DNA of 64,000 nucleotides from Perkinsus olseni (Eukaryota): NCBI GenBank assembly GCA_013115125.1, contig JABANN010000002.1, positions 62,001 to 126,000 of the forward strand, read 5' to 3'. Shown piece by piece: positions 12,404 to 25,095 of this stretch (position 1 is its first letter; each line of letters starts with the position of its first letter). The notes under the pieces were generated by a model. It saw only the letters and a program-made list of their open reading frames with translations, ran no database searches and was not told where the DNA came from. The position numbers and the translations under genes were made by a program.

Positions 12404-14630
12404 CCTAGCTGGAAATGGACGGTGCTTGAGGGACGACGGCCTCTCAAGATGATTTCGAGAGAGACACGAAGAAACTCGGAAAGGGAATCAGGTCCGAGAT
12501 TGTCGCCGTTAGAGGTGGCGGTTACCGGCACTTACCGAGAGGGGCCCTAAGGGGTCCGAGTCGGGGTTGAAAATTCGGGTATCATTCGTCCTCATGATTC
12601 CTTGAATAGGTAATTTACGTCTTTTATTTTCTAATTTACTGAGAACTAGAAATACCAATTTATTCGACTGTTGATTGACCGATAATTTATACGATCTATT
12701 TTATTTTCTATTTTCTCGACCAATTTGACGAGAAATGTTCTTTGGCTTTCTGACGCGATAAAAAAGCCTCGGGCTATGAAGTTGAGCATAGCAATGACCG
12801 AGCCAGCGAAATTGATACTCTTTCAAGAGCGGGAGGTAGGAATAAGTACTTACGCGTTAAAGTTGGATATATGGCGCGTCTCCGGTTCGAACCGCGCTCC
12901 CGGCATTTCTCTGACATTTTTTAGCCAAAAATATCTCAAAGGCGGTGTTCAATCGTGGGCGACCGTCATTCCCTGGAGAGAACCTCCTAGCTTTTTGAGA
13001 GCCGGGAATTCGATCTAGTTTAGTTGGAAGACTCTACCTTGACCCTCCGGGAATTGTGGTTGGTCATAGTTATAGCCTCAGCGTCGTATATTTTTTCATA
13101 TGTCTTCTTATGATCAACATTAGATACCAGTCATTCGTGAATGCTGAAAGGTGTTCAACAAACCTGTTCTGGGATTCTGGGACCGCGCTTTACGCGGAAA
13201 ATCCATCCCAGAAATGATTATGAGTCTTAAAATTAGTTTGTTGAACAGGTGGTGGAACCACATTCTCGGATGTTCGTCATCACAGATTCGCATTGATGCC
13301 AATTCGACAGACTTTTACGTGTTTTGAAAAACTAATTTTCTCGTTCTCCCTCTTGCGGGGACTGGTCGCATTTTGCCTCCTTCGTGCGGAGTCCTCGAAC
13401 TTGGATTCGAACTGTTTATGAGTGGGTGAAAATCTTCGTGTATTAGTTTTCCCTCAGTAGATCGTTTATCTTTGCGATCTCAGTATTTTGATTGCCTCCT
13501 ACTCGTCGTAGGAGGCTACACAGAAAAAGAGACAAAAACGTATTTTACAAGAGGAAAGGAGATGACAGGTAGTATCTAGGTCGAAGCACGGGTTTCACGG
13601 GGTCCAAAGATTTTCTGCCACTTCCTCCTCGTGATCGCCAATACTAGAAACAATCTACATGTATACTCGACGCCCATGGAGGGAGCTTAGGAGTAGCTGA
13701 TGGTGTGGTATTCAATAATAAAATTGAGATCGAGCTTCTGCGCATTTCTCAATGCGGAGTTAGTAGTACGCGTCACACGCAGTCCACAATGGTGAACTGA
13801 TGACCAGCGTCGCCAACCGCCATGGCATTCGGAAAATACCGAGACGCTGCGACACAAGGTCCGAGATCACGTCTTTATGTTATGTCGCATCTTTCGCCTG
13901 GGAGAACGCTGTCATAGTGGGCAGGGTGGATTCGTATGTACGAGTATCGTATTTTATGGTATGAAAATAGTTTAATACATGGTGAATAATAATAGGATAA
14001 ATGAAGAGAAATATTTGTGAGAGCACGTGTTGGTACGAATATACTCATATTTAATGGATGTTACGTCTAGGTAGATACGTGTATGAGTTTGTACGTAATC
14101 TTCGTATTATTGAGTGTGAATGATTTCATAAATAAGAATGTCGACGTGTGGCTAGTATTAGTACTGTGCTTTTCGTTAGCCTTCTTCGCGTGGTACATAG
14201 GAGGATGTGTTAATCTCGTTGGTTGTCTTTCGTCCTAATGGAGCTCCGGAAGTTGTTGAGAAGTTCTCAACAACTTCTTCTGAAGAATGAGAACCCTTCC
14301 TGAGGATTGTCATCTCGGTTCAAACCCTGCGTCCGGTACTACGTGAATAGTAGATGGCGAATGACATTGAGCTTGTGCGTTTCCGTAGGGGGCTACAGTC
14401 CTCAAAATGTGTCGCAGTATTTCCGAAAGATGTGGTATGTCAGAAAATGATGGATTTACGTTTATTACGTATTCGCCGCTTATTGACTATGGTGAGAAAT
14501 CTGGTGGTGTGAAATTATCGAAACGACTATTATCTGCATCGCTCCGCTAAGCTCATTAAGGCGTACAATCTGTGAACAGAATGTTTTGTTCCTTTCGGTC
14601 TCTTAGCGGAGCGAAGCTCGTTGATTTCAG

Positions 14631-17600
14631 GCGGCATTTCTGATCCGGAACCTCAACCACCGACGGCGACAGACGACGACACAAGTGTCGAGAGCAGCGG
14701 CAGCCCTACGGCCGAGTCCAACAACTCCTCGCTCGGTCCAGTTGAAATTATTCGGGCTGAGTTCACGAAGGGGAATCGGCCGGTTATCGGGTCTCCGATA
14801 TGGCCATATGTCCTCGTGCGAGAGGTGGGCATGGGAGTTCGGGAAAAGTTGGTATTAACCGTAAATAGTGAGGACTTTCCTCCACTGAGCTTCAGTGGCG
14901 CTGCCAGAATTGAATTTAACGTGGAAAAGTGGATCATGGGAGCGCTCCTCTAGGAAGTCAGGAGGGACGACAGTCCCTCGAACACCGGGATATTCTCCCC
15001 ATAAATTGATTTATTTGCATCAGTACGGCGAAGAAATTTCGATCGCGGTTTTTTTACTTTTTTCCCTAGGAGTACTGAGGAAAGCATCATTCAGCCGTAC
15101 TGATAAGTACGATCAGATTGCTTCGTATTATTCTGTTTATCCATCATCGACGAACTACCGTAACGTAAGGAGATTTGGTAAAGCCGCGTAGACGGTCTAG
15201 GTGGTTTCTTGTGAAGAGTAACTTTCCCTCTCTTTTTCTTTCTTGGCGCTTTTCCTAATTGCGGAACAAGCGAAGCGACGGAATCATAAAGTGCGTTGGA
15301 CTCTTTTTTTTATTTTGTTTTGATTTTTTCATTTTCGTTTATTATTGATATTTTTCGCAAATATGCTAAATAAGCTCTCGAGACATATACCGTCTTTTCC
15401 GATCCGAGTGTGTGCAGGTGCCTCCCGAAGCGCTCGAGGCTCCCAGCCTTCGAAAGCCTGCAGTAGAAGCCAATGAGCAGCTCCGTCAAGCAGCCGCGGG
15501 GGTCCCTTTTCCGGGCGCAGCGAAAACTTGGGAGGCCGGTGAAAACGATCAAAGGGTATCTTGGCAATGGTAATAGGAAATGGGTGGGTTATATATATTT
15601 CGGTATGCGCATGTGTGAAACCGTTTCGGTCGTTGTCATACAATAAATATTATATTGATATATATAGTCTGCCTCAGTAAAAATTTCCTGCATATTTTCC
15701 GGTATTTTCCGGTAAATATGTTCGGAAATTTTTAGTGGGTCAGAATGTATCTTTATGGGTGGAGTAACGGTCTTCGTAGGCATCTTAATAATGGTCCCAT
15801 ATACATATTTGATATCAATAAAATCAATCTCAATTTAATTTTCTAACCTATTATTTATTCGGACGAGTTTTTTCTTCGTCTCTGGGCAGCACCAGCGTAG
15901 CTGCGGACTTAGAATTACTGTTTGGCCTTGATAATGCAGACCATCACCGTACAAATACATGTTATTGTTATTGATCGATAAATACTGATATTACTCCAGT
16001 ATTCTGCATGATATTATTGTGGCGTATGTTCTACCTGGTCCGCGGAGTTGCAGTTTTAAGAATTTTTCCGGGAAATTTGCTCTCTCCAGTGTTTCAATTG
16101 CCGAGCAAAGGAATTAGGAATTCCTATTCTTCAGATTTTTCTTTGATAATTATTGTGTTTCTCTTTAGGTATCGAGGGCCGTCCATTCATAATTGCGTTT
16201 ATCACCCTCATCGGCCGGGCACGATCCGAGACGTGGCGAGAACCTTCAGATTCTATTGCAGTCCGGAGTGTCTCACGCAGGGATACAAGCACTTAGCGGT
16301 AGGACGGGGCGTAAGGTTTGGTAGAGTTGGTGGAAATGTGGTATGAGAGATGCAAGCGAGTTCGCTCTATACAACGAGTCAAGTGCGTATCTTCGACCTT
16401 CGTGTTGAGCATGATTGAAGTTTTCGGAGTATCTTTTTTTCAGGATGATCATTGTCTACCATGTCCCTCCAGTGATAAGGAAGATGACTGTATGTACTGT
16501 CCCTGGGCCAGCATAGAGGAGGTGAATTGTCATCATCTTGTGCATGCGTGCAAACTTATCGCTTCTCATCAGGATGAAGCTGCCGAGCATAGCACTACTG
16601 CTACACTGGGACCCGATTCTGCCGCTCCGGGAAGCGGTCGAGATCAATCGCCTACTAACGTGAGGGATTTTTTTGCGGAAAATTTCGGAAAATTGTGATT
16701 TTTTCAGGATTCTCCGCCTTTGCCGGGAACGAGTGGCTCCTGCTGGACCCCCGTAGCGAATACGCGAACGTACACGCCGGTTCCTGAGGATACGGACCGA
16801 GTCCTTTGTGTGAAGTAATGAGGGAATCTTTGAGCTGCGCGATCGACCTTAGTGAAGATACTCGTAGAGGAATCTTTTTTTAACTTGTGGGAGAAAATCG
16901 TGTTTGCATATTCCGGTGTGGTAGCGGAGGGCAATCATTATTGTATTTATGGCTGTATACTTTTCATGAGTATCTTGAGGTTGACTCTAGTCTCGGGCGT
17001 GAAGGTTGCAAGGTTGAGTATCTTCAGGGTTCACAGTAGCGAGCCAATACCGTGTCACCCCACTCCTCCTACGACCACTCGTAGGCGGAGCGTAGCAGAT
17101 AATAGCGAGGATAATGCAGAAGTGAGGAGAAGATATCTTCGCTGTGCGGTTGCTGACCCTTCCCGGTTAGGCTGATGATAGCAGTGAATCGGAGGCCGAT
17201 GATTGCAGTTTGGGCGAGCGAGAACGATCGGGCAGCCTTGGAAATGGTAGTAGTGGTGGTGACGGGTGGGAGCTCATTTTCGTGAGCATGAAAATTGTGG
17301 GTCGTTTTGGATGTTGCTTGTTTGTGTTGAAATTGTACATGGAAGATTTTTGTTATATTTTTTATTATATTTATCGCTTGTAAGATATGCGTAGTTCTCG
17401 CATTAGCAACACATGGCCATATATTTACAACTTTGGAATGCATTTGCTCTTGTGACGTTTTTACCTGGGTTAAAACGCTCCTTTCGTGTTATTGGATGAT
17501 GGGCGTTTTTCTTCCCATCAGATAACGCCTCTACGAGCTCAGGACCGGTCATTGCCGGTGGACTCCAACCGCTGACATCGATCTCTCAGACCGGCAGTGG

Positions 17601-20018
17601 ATCGGTGTAGGGAGGGAGTCGGGGCGCGCGCTTTTTACATTAAACTGAATACTGTCTTTGGGGTTGCGCCTTGGTGTTGTAGGCTACCTTGTGGTCGTTG
17701 TGGTCGTATTATGTTTTAGTACTTGCGCTGCACTGGGTCGTTGAACGGTTGTAGTTAGCGTGGGATTTTTCGAGCATTCGTGGTTGGCGGGGGGCTTGAA
17801 AGTTCCTACAGTCGAATTTTGCCGGGTAGTGTGGAACTCGGGGGAGGGGGGGATGTTCGATAGACAGAAATTTTGGAATTCGGGTTCGATTTTAAGACAG
17901 CAATTGACGCGTGAAAATTGACTTCGGAACCGCATCTGAGTTCTTAAACGGGGGGGAGGGGGTTAGAAGCGAATTTTACTTGTAAATTTTTTACTAAAAT
18001 TTTACATACTGTGTACTACTATTCAATGTGAAATTTACATTTTACATTGCAAATTTTACTCGAATTTTACGAATTTCGGTTTCATAGTCGATGGTGAATT
18101 TCACAATTCGTTCTTTAGTCCTCCTTTTGAAACAGAAATTTTACTTTTTTCCTGTCGTTTTTTACAGCCCCGCTTGTTCAGGTATCTGATGACGATGCCG
18201 TGTTTCGATCCCATGACCTACTCGCCGCCACTCCGAGAGATGCTCTCTGTTTACGGTGCTTTGGACCACATAGCGACCGGGCAGGCGATCAAACTGTTGA
18301 ACTGGAATATCCTGGCGGGTGAGGTCGAAGATTAGAATTCATGGAAGCAAATCGATCAACCGTTTCAGATATATATTGCACGCCACAGCAGTATCCGTAC
18401 TGTCCGCCCTGGGCGCTCAGTTGGAATTATCGACGCCATCTGATCATCAAGCAGATCGCAGCGCTGGAAGGGGACGTTGTTTGCCTACAGGTGAGATGAC
18501 GAGTGCCGGGATTGAACCTGGATTAAGCTAAGTATCCCTGAGCTAAGTATCGCACCAGTACGCCCTATTGTTTTTTCGACCACCACACGGAATCAGGGTT
18601 GCGGGTTCGAACCTCACGAGGGGCATTTTTTTAACTGAGCTATGCATTTTCCTATTGATCGCCGAATAGAACTGTGGGACCCAAAGGCTCGCTGAAGACC
18701 TTCTCCGTTTTCGGCTCCGAAGTTTTCCCGATTCCCGTTTTTCCCCTTCGAAATTTCACGTTTTTCAGTATTTTTCGCTCAGAAATTTTCGAAGTTTTCC
18801 GTATTTTCCGCTCAGAAATTTTCGAAGTTTGTGTTTTTTTGCAATTTTAGGAAGTACAGTCCGACCATTTCTATTCGTCTTTATTGCCGGCATTGGAGGC
18901 TCTTGGCTTCGGGTATCTGTACGCGCCCAAAACTCGGGAGATATTCACGGACAAGTGAGCTTGCCGGGAATCGAACCAGGGACCTTTCGCATGTGAGCCT
19001 ACTCAGGTACTGCGAGGAAGGCTGCGCCATCCTATACAGAAAGAGTCGATTTTCTGTCGTTGATTCGTTCACCATAGAATTCGACGCCCACGCCAAGGAC
19101 AGCGCCCGGTATCAAGGCGCGCGAAATACGAAGCAGCGCAACCGACTCAGCAAGGGCAATGTTGCCCTTGCATGCTTGCTCGAAGATTCTAGGTGAGGAG
19201 GTTGGCTCGGCGAGGTCGAGCTTGAAAAGATTCCTTCTTGATTCAGGTGCGGCGGTAGGCCCTTGGGTATTGTGAATACTCATATCACAGCTGACGTTGA
19301 TGCTGGAGATGTTAAGTTATGGCAGGCTATGTGCATGCTCGGTGAGAAATGCCTCTGGGGTGATTCGAACCGGGGACCTTTCGATTACCCTTCAGAGGTT
19401 GTGCAAGGTTGGAGCAACAGTCAGAATGGAGTCCTGCCTATCATCATGTGTGGGGACTTTAATTCGACACCGGAATCGGCCGTGTACGAGCTGCTCACCA
19501 CAGGGCGGCTCAGTCCGTCGTCCATTCCGGTGCGCCACGAAATTCGAGGCTTCGGATTGTGCAATCTGTCCCGTTTCAGGACGATCCGTTTGGCATCCTT
19601 CCGCCGGTGAGCCAGATGCACCACTCGTTGCCGTTGCGATCGATATACCCGGCAGTAGTGAACAGCGAAGCTACTTACACGAACTATACGCAGAAGTTCC
19701 AAGGTAATCGAAAGGTCCCCGGTTCAATTACTGGGACCAGCACTTTTTTGTTGAATGCCGTTCCGGTTCGGGGATCTAGTCTGCTTTTCCCGCTCGCATA
19801 AGCTCCGCGAGCTTCTTCGCGCTAGGTCCCGGGTTCGATCCCAGGGTAGTGCATTTTTAGGTACCCTGGACTACATTTGTTTCACACAGAACTCCCTACG
19901 AGGGCTAGCAGTATCGAATACGTACAGCTACGAGGAGCTCAGTGCGGAGACAGCATTGCCGAGCCCAACGCAACCGAGCGATCATATACTGACCGTTGGC
20001 GTGTTTGCGTATACGTAG
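14631..20018 (+). CDS. CCR4: CCR4-type deadenylase (EEP superfamily) with a plant CCR4a-like N-terminus; multi-exon, first exon unresolved
   Basis: N-terminal exons PVIGSPIWPYVLVR, CVYHP..YCSPEC and WTPVANTRTYTP. EEP motifs LNWNILA, YPYCPPWALSWNYRR, DVVCLQE, EGCAILY, VNTHI, CGDFNS, YTNYT..FQGTLDYI and PSDH. Confidence 0.9.
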
Positions 20019-20632
20019 TTGCTATACCAAATCTTTCGTAACTCGCCTCATCATGGGAGTTGCGCCAACGATACAAACGTCACGTTCATATCTGCCAAGG
20101 TGAGATTTGGTCAGCAGCCCCTCTGGACATACTTGCGTTGTTTTTTCCTCAGACCATACCAACTTTTCGCCGTATTATGTTTGTTGTATAATAAAGTAGC
20201 GATCATGAAGTGCCACGACTGGAGGCTCGCTTCTTATAGTATAATTTCGTGGCGCGGTGACGGATTCAAAGAATGAACAGAAAGAAGATGTACGTTACAA
20301 CTATATTCCCTCATCGATCGAGTCCATATCTTTCTGCTGCCAGTGTCACGTTGCACTGCGTACCGTACTATTGTATCATTTTGATCGTACATATATTTCT
20401 CTGGACAATGTTCGTGGGTTCAAGTAGCGTAGTCGGGGATGATCCCGTGTTGCTACTCGGCAGCATGTGGGTTCTATCCCGGCACCTTGCACGTTGATGA
20501 TCCATTAGCATTGCTCTACCCCTTGCTGAGTTAGATATCTAACCCGATCAGCGTACCTGATAATTCCCTCCATAAAGACTAGGTCCCGCACCTAGTAATA
20601 CTCAGTACCCCACGACGAATGTTGTGTTGGCG

Positions 20633-20818
20633 GCGTATCTTGAGGTTGACCTGGTAGCGTATCTTAAGGTCGACCTGGTAGCGTATCTTGAGGTTGACCT
20701 GGTAGCGTATCTTAAGGTTGACCTGGTAGCGTATCTCAAGGTCGACCTGGTAGCGTTTCTTAAGGTTACGCCAGAAGCGTATCTTGAGGTTGCCTTCGTA
20801 GCGTAGCTTGAGGTCGAG
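20633..20818. repeat. 24-bp tandem repeat, ~8 degenerate copies (GCGTATCTTRAGGTYGACCTGGTA)
   Basis: Direct periodicity visible; translates as KIRYQV(N/D)L repeats on the minus strand. Confidence 0.9.
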
Positions 20819-20901
20819 CATGTGTTGAGGAAGTGAGATAGCTTGCTTGTTTCCCTTATGGAACGTGTATGCGACGTTGTCAGCTGATAAGAGCAGCTGT
20901 G

Positions 20902-23900
20902 ATGGTACGAAGGATGCGAAGGCCGCTGTCATCTGGAACGAGCGGCAGCCCCATCGGAGGAGGAGGTGATGCTCGGAAGGCCCTCGTCGGTGTAGTATGG
21001 CATTCGAGAGAAGTAGTGCGTGCGTGGTCAGCCCTGGGGCGGCCGTGTAGTTGATGTCGCTCTCTGAGGGTAGGGAGCACGGTGCCCGAGCCCCGGACAA
21101 GCGAACCGAGCTAGCACGATCAGCCTCTCCCAATCCATTTTCGCACCGCTCGGAGATAGTACCACCTTTTCCTGCTCGCTAGGTGCTATAGCGGTTTCAT
21201 CGCGTGAGCTAACAATGGCTAGCGAAGTGCCTCTTCCTGAAGCAACGGCCGAGATGAAGCTTCGAAGTAAGGGCGAGTCCACGCCCCTTCGTAACTCCCT
21301 TTGCAGGTCACAGTGGAAGTGAATCGAGAGTGAAGGTGCCGCATCGTAACGGGTATAAGAAGCTGAACGGCAATGGACAGAGCTTAGTGCAAGGGATTGA
21401 AAGACTCACTGCGAAGAGTGCTGTTGGAAGGGGGAGGATTACCGACTTTATCGATCAGTTGCACGCTTGCGGGCTGCGAGAAGATACGCTTGGTGAGTAC
21501 GCGTGCAGCTGTTGAGCAGTTGGGGTAATTTCGCTCTATCATGGCCGGAAATGTGAAGCCGTCGTGCAGTGTAGGGAGGGACTGTAGATCGTTGAGGAAT
21601 AGCAAGATAGCAAGATGCTAGGTTCTAGCCAGCATGGATAGTTGTGAGTATAAGCCCCTTACGTCTATTCTGGTCGCATTCCATTAGCTCAATAGCTGTC
21701 CCCGGCAGCCTTTCCATACTGCCCGTGGCACTTGACGTCATTGGATTGAGCGTCATTGGATTGAGGGGCACTTCGTTTTCAAAGGACGACCGAGATGTTC
21801 TTCGGTGTGCGATTTCTCGTAAGGAGCCATAACAGCCGTGACGCTGAAACATTCAGGTTCCTTGCCGACTGAGAGTCTGTTGCGGATCCTGCAGGGTCTG
21901 ACCGCGCGCCTCGCGAATGGGAAGACGAGGATGGATCAGCGATCGAACTCTCTAGTCACGAGGATTGCAGAAATTGTCACGGATAGGGCTCAGGAAGGAG
22001 GTACTGGAGGGGGCAGCGCGTCGTAAATTTTGCGAAACTTTTCCGATTTAACTTCCTCCCCATTCTGGAGCTTCCGGATGGCCTTTGGGGCCCCTCGTGG
22101 CAGTCGGAAGATTTGTGAAAATTTCAGAAAAAAATCTCCCAAAAATTGCCCAATTTTTTTGTTGAGAACTGCGGGAAGTGCCTTCTGTTTAGATATGCCA
22201 TTGGACTCGCTGGTGTATTTTTTGTTGCGAATAACGCAGCTGGGTCGGCTAGAACTTCTGCAGGTTGCTGCAAATCTCCCGATGCAGCGCTTCGATGAGT
22301 TCTTCACCAGTGGGGACCGAGGCCTGAGTTCCCTTGCTACGGCGCTGCAGGTAGGCAGCAGAGGAGAGGGTGATATATCGTGGCTGGAATGACGGATTTC
22401 GCTCCTCTCAGAATTTTTCTCGCGCATTTCTAGCATCTTTCGGGAATCTTTTGAGGAATTTTCTATTAGTGGATAAATGAGAACTTCCGGTCATATTGAG
22501 CACCCTTGAAAAGGAGTTAGTACAGAGTGAGTAGGAGAGTGAGTTAGTACAACTTGAGTAGGAGTTGAAGTTAGTACAGCGGTTATCACCCTAGACAGCA
22601 GAGGAGAGGGTGACAGATCGGTGGATTTTGTCTGCCCGATTTTTTCTCGAATATCGCCGTTCGGGAAATTTCCTCGAGGAATTCGAGAAATTTTTCAAGG
22701 AATTGACGGCTAGTGGAAGATAATCTTGTGGATGTTTTCTTTGTTCATTCGTAAGGCTGCTGCGGGAAATCATTGCGTCACGCGCCACAAAATTACGCCG
22801 GTGATCCCTCTCTCGTTCTTGCAGGTCACCCAATCTTGGCGTGCGGCACGGAACCGCGGCGATCAGTTTCCCGACTTTATGTACCCCCTAGTCCGGCCAG
22901 ACGGCCGTCACTGTGTTGCCCTTGCGGACTCGGCCCTGGCTCACCTCGTGGCCGCTGGGGCTCCTGGCGGACCTTCGATGCATCGCAACGAAGAGAGTGG
23001 TTTCACGCCGGAGGAAGAACTTGTTCGGGTAAATTCTTGCTGCAGAGGATTGAGAGTCTCGCCTTCCTCAGGTCTGTGTTTTGCTGCATCGCTTGCGACC
23101 GCAATCCGAAGCGGTCATGGGAGGAATGTCATTTCTCGCGCGCCCGGAAATTATTAATGGCTTCCATGGCGAGCAGGAGAAACTGCATCCGGCGGTCTCG
23201 GCAGCGGCGGAGTTTCTTGCGAATGAGGGGTTGATCGAAAGGATGAGCCCTCCTGTGTTGTATGGAGTTTTACTGAAGCATGTGGCGTATCTTCCGGAAA
23301 AGTCGCGGCAAATTTTACTGGAAATATTTTTGCGGCGCGCGACAAATCTGCCAGTCACCGAGCTGCAGCGATGTATAGTGAACTTCGGTCCCTGTGAGAT
23401 CTTTCTGGAGCGGCTGAGCAAGTACTACGGCCTCTACGACGTCCACGCTGATCGGCAGCTGGTCAATCGGCTGTGCCTTGAGTCCTTAGGGCCGGTGATG
23501 AAGTATCTTTCAAAGATACCAGCTGGTAGTGAGATCTGGAAGTCTCCCGAGATGCCCTCTTTGATGCTTCATGCGGCGCATTTGGCGGTCGTGGTGAAGC
23601 GAGATTATCGAATGCACGTGGACCTTGCGGTCTGCTGCGCGAGAGTTGGGGCGCAGAAGGTACAGAGCAAATCTGTGTATGATATCTTAGCTTCATCCTT
23701 GCATCACTCGGGGAAGGTCGAATCGTCGATGGGTTCGCTGGGAGAGGTTTGCAAGGCCTATGGGTTGCCTGACCGTAGGGCGAATTTCGGGGCGCGCGGT
23801 CGAGCGTCGGAGGCGGCAGCTGGGTTCATCTCGGACTGCGTTGGGAGACTGTCCGAGAGCAACGGAGAGGAATTGGCGATTTTTGGGGAACTACTGCGCG

Positions 23901-24814
23901 CCGCGAAATGGCCCATGAAGCAGACGTGGATCGCCCTGAGCGGGGAGGTGGCTAAGCGCAGTTGGAGGGCAAATCGATCGCGCGATCGATTTCGTCAGAA
24001 TGATACGTCCCCACCGGTTAAGGATGAATCGGCCCACGAGCAGGCGAGCTCTGGAGATCATCTAGGGGAAAGGCGACTGAGTCCTGTGCATGCGTACAGG
24101 TTATACCACTCCTTCGTCAACTTTCACGAGGGCATGGCGGCGAGTTTGCTTCCTGTGGTCCTCATCTCCATTCGCCAGGAAGACCGACTAGAGGAACTTG
24201 CCCCGTTATTTCTGGCCTGGCGAGTCGGTGACTCTGAAATTGGAGTGATGCGAGAAGCCATCGGAAAATGTAGTGCTAGGGTGGACGAGGCGTCTCGGGA
24301 GACGTTGTGGGAGGCGATCAGAGTGGCCAGCCTGAGTGGGCTTCCGGACGCCCAAATCGAGCGCCTGGTGGAGCCGCTTCTGAGTGGCTCTCTAGGCGTG
24401 CCGGAGGGGCGCGAAATTGTTATTGGATCAGCCTTAGTCCGGCGGAAGGGCTCGGAAAAAGTTGCAGCGATTTTAGAAAGATTGACCGAAAACGATCGGC
24501 TGTGTGGGATTCTGTCGAAGTGCGACGCTCGAGAATTGGTGGAGTGCCATGCGTTGTGCCACTGGGTTGGCGGACGGACGATGGAGGAATGGAATTTCGT
24601 GGCGCAGCGAAAAATGCCGGAAGTTCAACCGGACGAATGCTTGCTCTCGAAGCTGCAGGAGAAGGTCGAAGAGGAGAGAGCAGCGGTTGAATTGCTGCGG
24701 AACTTGGGAGATCGGCAGTGTCCGTCGGCGAACGGCGTCACGGCAGGCATGGGTTTGGCGTTTTTTCTGCTGGCCTTGGGTAACTCGGTTGACGAGTATC
24801 TTCTCACTGGATAG
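20902..24814 (+). CDS. Large multi-exon Leu/Ala-rich alpha-helical protein of unknown function; start uncertain
   Basis: Chain of + strand exon ORFs (21330, 21838, ~22193, ~22825) with GT-AG boundaries, ending in the 577-aa ORF 23081..24814. Confidence 0.6.
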
Positions 24815-25095
24815 ATTTTGTATCTTTGGACGTGTTTCTGTGACATGGTAGAGAAGTCGGTAATGAGTTTCGGTAGGGATTGTAAGATTCGAAGGGAAAT
24901 CGATCACGTGGGCGCGCGCTTTTGTGCCCACCGGTGATCTCGTGTGTACATTTACTCATGCATTTTACTGTACTAGAGGTATCATTTTATCTTATGAGTA
25001 TGCAAGGGTTGAGCTTGGTTGATACACATGTAGAAGATATTTTGTGCATGCGCGCAGGATATTTGTGTGATTTTCATTTGGTTGTCTCCTTGATC

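Noticed and set aside
17820-18160. G-runs and AATTTTAC-rich tract
   Set aside because: Low-complexity CCR4 intron sequence with no defined structure that I can support.
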